Of a stretch of 64,000 bases of DNA, positions 57,285 through 64,000 are shown in pieces. The notes beneath the pieces were generated by a model. It made no database searches. It was given only the letters and a program-made list of their open reading frames with translations, and was not told the origin of the DNA. Each line of letters begins with the position of its first letter. The first letter of the stretch is position 1. The DNA is from Antedon mediterranea (Eukaryota > Animalia > Echinodermata). The stretch spans positions 28,092,437-28,156,436 of the forward strand of contig NC_092672.1 of the NCBI RefSeq assembly GCF_964355755.1, written 5' to 3'. The translations under genes were made by a program, and so were the position numbers.

Positions 57285-57525
57285 ATTAGTGCTGTTCCGC
57301 GATACCACGCCAAAAGTGTTAAAGAGTCGCTACCCAATCGAATTTGAACAATCCCAGTCGTCTAATGCTTAGGACGCATTCGCATATCAGGCAGAAGGTT
57401 CCGTGGTCGAGTCAAGGTTGGGACGACTTTTTCTCATTCTCACAGATTTCCTCACCTTTATCATTTCATATTAATTAAATTTCAGTATATCACCAGGCAG
57501 TTTAAAATTTATTCTGTGCCTGTGA
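57285..57525 (+). repeat. Dispersed repeat with internal tRNA-like segment
   Basis: Homologous to 48294-48545 and 26805-26945. Confidence 0.55.
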
Positions 57526-58358
57526 AGAATATACTGTATTATATAAAACATTAAAAAAAGTATAATTTAATTTGAAACATTTAAATTAAATGGTTGGCGA
57601 CAAGAACAAGTAATGGTGCTGTTTGTTATTTCAATCTGGTGCTTTATCGATCATTTAAGATATTGCACTTTGATTTCATTTTGATAATAGAAACCACACG
57701 ATTACACCAGCTTTATATTAAAGTCATTAAATCACTCATGAAATTCTAACAATTAGTAATCAATAACTTCCCTCAAGACAAATTACCCCCTCTCATCATC
57801 TTCTGTCCTAATTATGTTTAGTTTTCATTGTCTTCAATATAGCTTATTTTATTACTCTATAGTGTATATCTTAATGTATTACCTCATTTCTATTGTGCGC
57901 ATTGTACCCCCTATGGTTTTGACCCACACCTAGACCATTTAGGAGGTGCGCATTGGTCCCCCTTTTGTTTAGTATAAGACATGTTTGTTTTATGCTTTTG
58001 TGTAGCAGGAAGCTTAAAACTTTAATATTAACAGTAAAATCATTTATATACTTACAATTAATTGTTCGGAAGAAAACACAAGATGTTTTTATTAGTTTGT
58101 TCATTAGTTTGTTTTCCAGATGTCCATTATTAATGTTTTTGATGGATGTTATATTAAGATCCCTCTAGCAGATTTAATACTTTATTTTTTATTTATCCAT
58201 GTTAAATAATGAAACCTGAAGTAGAGGATTACGGACACACACAAAGTAACAGAAAACAAAAAGATCAGATTTATCAAACCTGGAATAGCAGATCAATATC
58301 TGAACTTTATATTAAGTAGCAAATTTACTTTTTTTTCCCGTTTTTTTTTTTTCAATAT

Positions 58359-59068
58359 GGGCCTGTTTGTAGGGGTTGAAAATACCAGCTTATTCCCGAT
58401 TTCCGTTTGCGTGATCCAATTAACTTTTGCCTCAGGCTACAAAAAATTCGAGGCAAAATGTTCACCAAATTTGCAGGTTATTTCAGCGATAATCCAATTA
58501 TACTCGGCCTTCGAGGATTAATAAATCTCCGATAGAGGCAATGTGTCGAATTTTGACAAACGTTCGCTGCCTAGGTCCGTCATTTCTCCTACGAAGCTCT
58601 TCCATACACACTTCGAGAGCGATCGTCAGCTGGTGCTTTCCTTGTTGGTGTAGACCGCTTAGTATAGTAGTAGGCCTAGCTGGTCGGTGGTGTTTCCGTC
58701 GTGTAACATTGGGCTCAAATTCTTCGTCAATGAGTAAAATAATGGTCGTCAGGAGAAGGCATATTTCGACAGGATTATCGGCGTTAAGAGGCATAAGGTT
58801 TGTCGCAAGGATAAGCAGTGTAAAAGGTAGCAAGTAATTGTTATTGTAAAGAAAGATCGCGTGTAAAAAATATATAACACGAAACTAGCGTGCGAAAATG
58901 GGGTCGTAGGTTGTAAAGACAACTGACCTTAAAACGTAATTTCCAGTTTGTGATTCGTCGATTAAGCATTTAAGCGGTTAAATATTTCAAGTACGAACAA
59001 CGCTCAATTTATAACCCGAGGCATGGGTGAAATTAAGCGCTTATTTTAACCACCGTACGAACACGACC
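58359..59068 (-). mobile_element. PIF/Harbinger deletion derivative retaining a degenerate transposase 5' fragment
   Basis: TAT|GGGCCTGTTTGTA (Tourist-like TIR) ... TACGAACACGACC|TAT. ORF 58498-58833 (-) (RRKH...MEELRR.D...FVKI...DLL..LEGRV) resembles Harbinger transposase N-termini. Confidence 0.6.
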
Positions 59069-59099
59069 TATAACCAAAGCATTGAATCATGGCTTGCCT

Positions 59100-59500
59100 C
59101 CGATTAATTGTAATTATATTATTCCTTGACCTTCATTAGAGATTTTTAAACAATGTTTCAGTTATAAAGCGCCTATGTATTTTAATATGATTCCTAAAAT
59201 CATTCGACAATCTGAAAATATTATTTCCTTTAAACGTGAACTTAAAGAATTTATTTCCAGTTAATATTGTTTGTACTACAGTATGTATATATATTTTTAT
59301 CTGTCAACGATTTTAACTTCTATATGAATTTTATATAATCAATGTAAATTTATAGGCCTATATTATGTCATTTGAATATTTAATATTGTATGTGTTGTAC
59401 TGTATGTATGTTTTATCGAGGGCCCTAAATGATCAGTTCTATTGGAACTGGATAGGCTACCCTCAGTAAAGATGGTAATAAATAAATAAATAAATAAATA
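59100..59500 (+). mobile_element. CR1/L2-group LINE 3' end with (TAAA)n tail
   Basis: FSYKAPMYFNMIP.IIRQSENIISFKRELK* ORF2 terminus, 3' stem GAGGG...CCCTC, (TAAA)5 tail. Confidence 0.7.
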
Positions 59501-62500
59501 TTTGGAGTCAGTGTTATACTAAGTTTAAATTCAAAGCAAATATTATTACATAATTTTTTTTTTTAAATCATTCCATTAGATTAAACAAATTGGTTTAGAA
59601 AATAAATACACATTTGTCTTGTTTCTGCAGCAAACAAAATAACGATTATTAAGTGTGAATAAATTATCCACAATTTCTTGACAGCAGAAACAGGAAAAAT
59701 TGTCAATAACCGGTTAAATGTCAATGGCAGTCTAAAAATAAAGTCAATGTAAAAATTTGATTTATTAATATAAATGTTTATTTCTGCGCTTTACAACATC
59801 ATTTACAGCACAATTGATAAATCCCAGACTAGTCTGTACTTATTACTAGAAATAAAGGCCTGGTTTCCCAGAAATGCTGGTTTTCCTGAAATGCTGGTTT
59901 TCCTGGAACTATGCATATAATTAATGTTGGAAGAATTTGCAGGTTTTTGGGAAATGCGGTTTTTAGGAGTTCATGAGTAAACCAGGTTAAAGTATACAAG
60001 TGAAATCTAATATGTCCTCCATTTTGAGGGAAAGGTATACTCAACAAATTCCTATTATTAAAGTGACAACTACAAATCATGGGTGTCTACCAAATAAAGG
60101 TTGATCATAGTGTTAATAAATAATATATAATAACCAGGGACCTCAAGCCTATGTTACGCCACTGATTAGCACTAGTATTGTGTCCTATCATTAGGGCATA
60201 CATCACACCATAATATATTTTTTAAGGGAAATTCCTAAAGGAACAAGGAAGGAAGAAAGATTCTCGTGATTGAAACGATAATGTTTTAATTTTAGGAACA
60301 ACTCTTGAGATCTTTAGAAAGTTGGCGTGCATGCCATGTGAAAGGCTTAAGTTGGAGTTCGTCAAGTTAACTAACACTCCTAAGGGCCCTCCAATGCAGG
60401 TAGATGCATTGGACTGCTCATGCTCTGGACCCAGTAAGCTCTGGGCTCATGGGTTTAGCCAGTGAGCTTGCAAAGCCATTATGCCACTGATCTAAACGCT
60501 GCCTCAATTCCCTCAGAGTTAAATTAACCAAGACAATGGTTGATTTTACCGACCACAGCCTGTCCAGTAAAACTTACCATAGGAAGGCACCCGCAAGCGC
60601 CACCTGCTGACTTAGACTTTTTCAAAGAATAGAAAAAGAAAATCTTTTGCGGCACATACTACAGTAGTTTAAAAAAGGATGATATCCAAAATCACTTTTG
60701 TCCAAACTTACAGTAGTATTGTGAGTTTCAAGTAGAGTTTGAGAGAGCATTTAGCCATTAAGAAACATTCACTTAATCAGAGAAGTAAATCCAAATTATG
60801 GCCTTCTGGTAAACTTTAACCTAAGAATAAGTTTACTAATAGTATGTTCACATGAGACAGACATAGCAGCGATGAATTCACATGAGACAGACATAGCAGC
60901 GATAAAAAGAACTTCCGATTGTAAGTAGGTATAGGGGATTGGTTAATCCTCAACTTGTTTAGCAATATATCCCAAGTAGATTATAAGAGGTAATCCTTCC
61001 AAAACTGATTACCTTTTTACTTTAAATTCCATTCCTATCTTGTTTATTTCTATTCAAGAATTTGAAATCTGTGTCGGTAATTTTTTAGTAATGCTAATTA
61101 TTATTTTGAGTGCAAATTTGACATTTTAAATCTGGTAGATAAGTTGAATACCTGTAGTACAGAGTATGATGTCCTTTTTCCCCTTCAATTCCAAAAAAAC
61201 TTGATGTGATCATCATTGAACCTAATGTAAGCTTTATAGTAGGCAATAAAATGAAAACAAAAAAACATAAAAGTCTAAACATTTGTACATTTTTATTTTC
61301 TCTTTTCATAATGAACATCTATGAAATGGCATTATATTTCTTTATACAAACTGATAGACTGTGATCTTCTCTTACACATTCTCTGTAAATTGTGCTGTAC
61401 TTATTTTTATTTATTTATTTAGAACATTTTTTATTTGTTCTTGTTCTTCATCGTTATGAGCTCCCACAATCATCATGTTGATTATCACGGACCTAGTCAG
61501 TGTGGTGGCAGTATTCACGGCGGATTTTGGGTTTAGTTTTGATTGTTTGGATTATTTTATTTATTTATTTAATTAACTATATGTGAACTTTATTCAATCA
61601 ATCGTACATTTGTTATAATGGTAACCATTTATTTACTTATTTGATTTTTTTAGTACTATTTTTTTTAAATATTATACTTTGTTTGTCTATAGGGTGATCT
61701 CATGACAAATACTATTGTACTTCTTGACATGATCCTGACTGATATGTTTTATAACAAAGTTACCTTATGTAATATTTAAATAGTCCAAATATATGTTGAT
61801 TGATTGATTAAATGAACAACAATTTGTATGTAAAAACTTATTTTTACGTGATATATTTTGTTGTACCGTAAGTTATGCCAGATTTGACTTCCAACAAGCT
61901 GTGTTGATTTGCACACCTGGTCCTTCATGGATAAAGAAAAGTTAAACTTAATTGAAACTGGAAAATGGACAGGCCTCCCTATTTTTTATTTTTTTTATGA
62001 GAATGTTAAAATCATAACTGGTTATTATTATGATAATACACCTTTGACCTACGACCTGTGGAAAAGCCAGTGTTTCCTGACAAAGTGGTTATATAGATAA
62101 TGATACCTCACCTGTATTGTAACACAATAGCACTAAGGTCACGATGAAATGTGGAAAAAATACTGAAGTATACCGCAAAAGCTATCGTAGAAAACAGACC
62201 ACGCTCTTCCGAAGGTCAGCCATGGGAACCGATGAGAACTCGGTCGAAAGTTGAAAGTGTTAAAATTATAATAATATTATTATTATTATATAGTTACCCT
62301 GGAAATTATGAGTTTCTGTTGTTTACCTCTTTATCTCTGTTTAATTTGTTAAAATACTGTATCAACTTCCTATGCTCATATTGTACATTTGTGCATTTCA
62401 AATATGGTACTTAATTTTAAAATATAATAAGATAAAATACATGATGGACATTTGTATTTAACTCAATTTTTACTGTATTTATCTCTAAATATAGTTGGTT

Positions 62501-63825
62501 TTAATTTCAAAAGTCTACTGTAATTTTGTAAAATAATAAATAACCATAAATCATGTTGATCAAGAAGTTTATTTTCGATTCATCCCCATTTCTGACTCAC
62601 AAAAGGCATTGTGGGTAAAAAAGGAGCTTTTTTAACGAGATCATCACGTTTCAAGCCAGGGTTTTATTTCAGGTATATTTTATAGTACACGGTAGATCCC
62701 CTCCTTGTCCTAAGGGTACAGTTTGCTATAAAATGAACAACAGAACTGGACCTATTATGTTCTAACACTACCTATATAGAGAAAAAAAAACTTTCAGAAA
62801 AACTCCCTATTCAGAGAACCTCTTTTAATGGGACACTGTTTGGTTCTAGAACAGCTTCCCCTTAATAGAATTTTTTAAGATATGCAGCAGAAACTGCCCC
62901 ATAAACAATTACTATTACATTGAGAACATTATTGAAGACTATTAACTTATTAAGTGAAATTTAAAACTCTGATTTGGAAATGGACCTTGGATTTCCTAAT
63001 CTATGTAACAACAGTATTAATGCTAACAGTTCTACTAATTGTTAATAATGTAAACGTTGTCTAAAAAGAATTAGGTGCCGCTTTTATCCGAATGACCTTT
63101 CCAATGGCATCTAGATACTCCTGAGGGATGACGGTATTGAAGGCTTACATAGTGCTAGTTACCCAGGGTTTTGCTCAGGGGTGTACATGGGAGGAACACA
63201 GCACATGGCTTACTCTTTGTTGAGGTATTAAGCCATGCTTGTCTTAACTTAATCTTTCCTTTACTTTATAAATTGTTTGTTAAATATATATATTCTCTGG
63301 TGGCTGAGAAAATAACATAGTTTATTTGTTTATGAAAATCTGATTACTGGGCGGGTGTTTGTACTTTCTGTATCAAGGGCATGTGTATGTGCCGAGTAGT
63401 ACCACTAGAGCAGGTCATGTGTTTGTTGGTTAACAAGATGTAGATGAAATGTTAAAAAAATAAAAAAGTATTACATCATTATAAAAGTCTGGAATTTTGA
63501 CCAATCAAAAACGATGGATAATTTAAACTCTTGCTTGTGATTGGTTGGATTTGTGAACCCTTTTAATTTATAATTATATTGCAGACAATTTTAAAACCTC
63601 AGTCAATCATTGATAAAACTATAATGATAATCAGCAAAAATACAAAAGAATAAAGAAACATTGAAATAAAAAACATTATTTTTTACATAATTAACATTAA
63701 CAAACATTAACATTATTAAAAAATTTGTAAACATTAAGAAAATATTATTTTCACCCTGACAACTTTTTAAACTGTTTTTAATATCGATCAATAATAGTTA
63801 TTCACTTTGACCAAAAATGTGTTAT

Positions 63826-64000
63826 AATAGTTATAATAATACAACATTTATATAGCGCCCTTTTCATGAGTAATCATGCTCAAAGGCACTTTACAAGCAT
63901 TATTACCCTAGTATTTTTGTTGGATCAAACACGTATGGAAACATACTCCCATAATGCAGCCAGTAACGAGTGCAAAGTTGTGTCTTGATCTAACCGGGTA
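63826..64000 (-). mobile_element. tRNA-derived SINE 3' part (family of 3354-3660), cut by window end
   Basis: Near-identical to 3357-3530. Confidence 0.85.

Overview
AT-rich, intron-rich animal genomic DNA. The repeat content (Deu/Nin-domain SINEs, CR1/L2-group and L1/Tx1 LINE fragments, Harbinger, Kolobok, hAT and Tc1/mariner MITEs) suggests a marine invertebrate, plausibly a deuterostome. Three spliced protein-coding genes were reconstructed by hand from GT-AG boundaries and reading-frame phase. (1) The 3' half of an SLC17/sialin-like MFS transporter (+, 1464-5430). (2) A complete GTF2H2/TFIIH p44 gene (-, 6628-14194, 13 coding exons, 393 aa). (3) OPA1 (+, 15387 to beyond 32592; 26 exons plus one candidate cassette exon), head-to-head with GTF2H2. 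The last OPA1 coding exon was not found, so the final ~31 kb appears to be one giant intron holding TEs and an enhancer-like block. Main oddities: six tandem 124-bp copies of a GTF2H2 splice acceptor plus partial exon (five decoy acceptors); a 5S+tRNA composite SINE; Penelope-type minimal hammerhead motifs, one pair as an inverted repeat; strong excess of TACAGTA/TACTGTA and TAGGCCTA (probable transposon footprints); and a CAGGG-ended MITE with a recurring 5-bp target. I see no prokaryotic-type system such as CRISPR. All coordinates and counts were made by eye.
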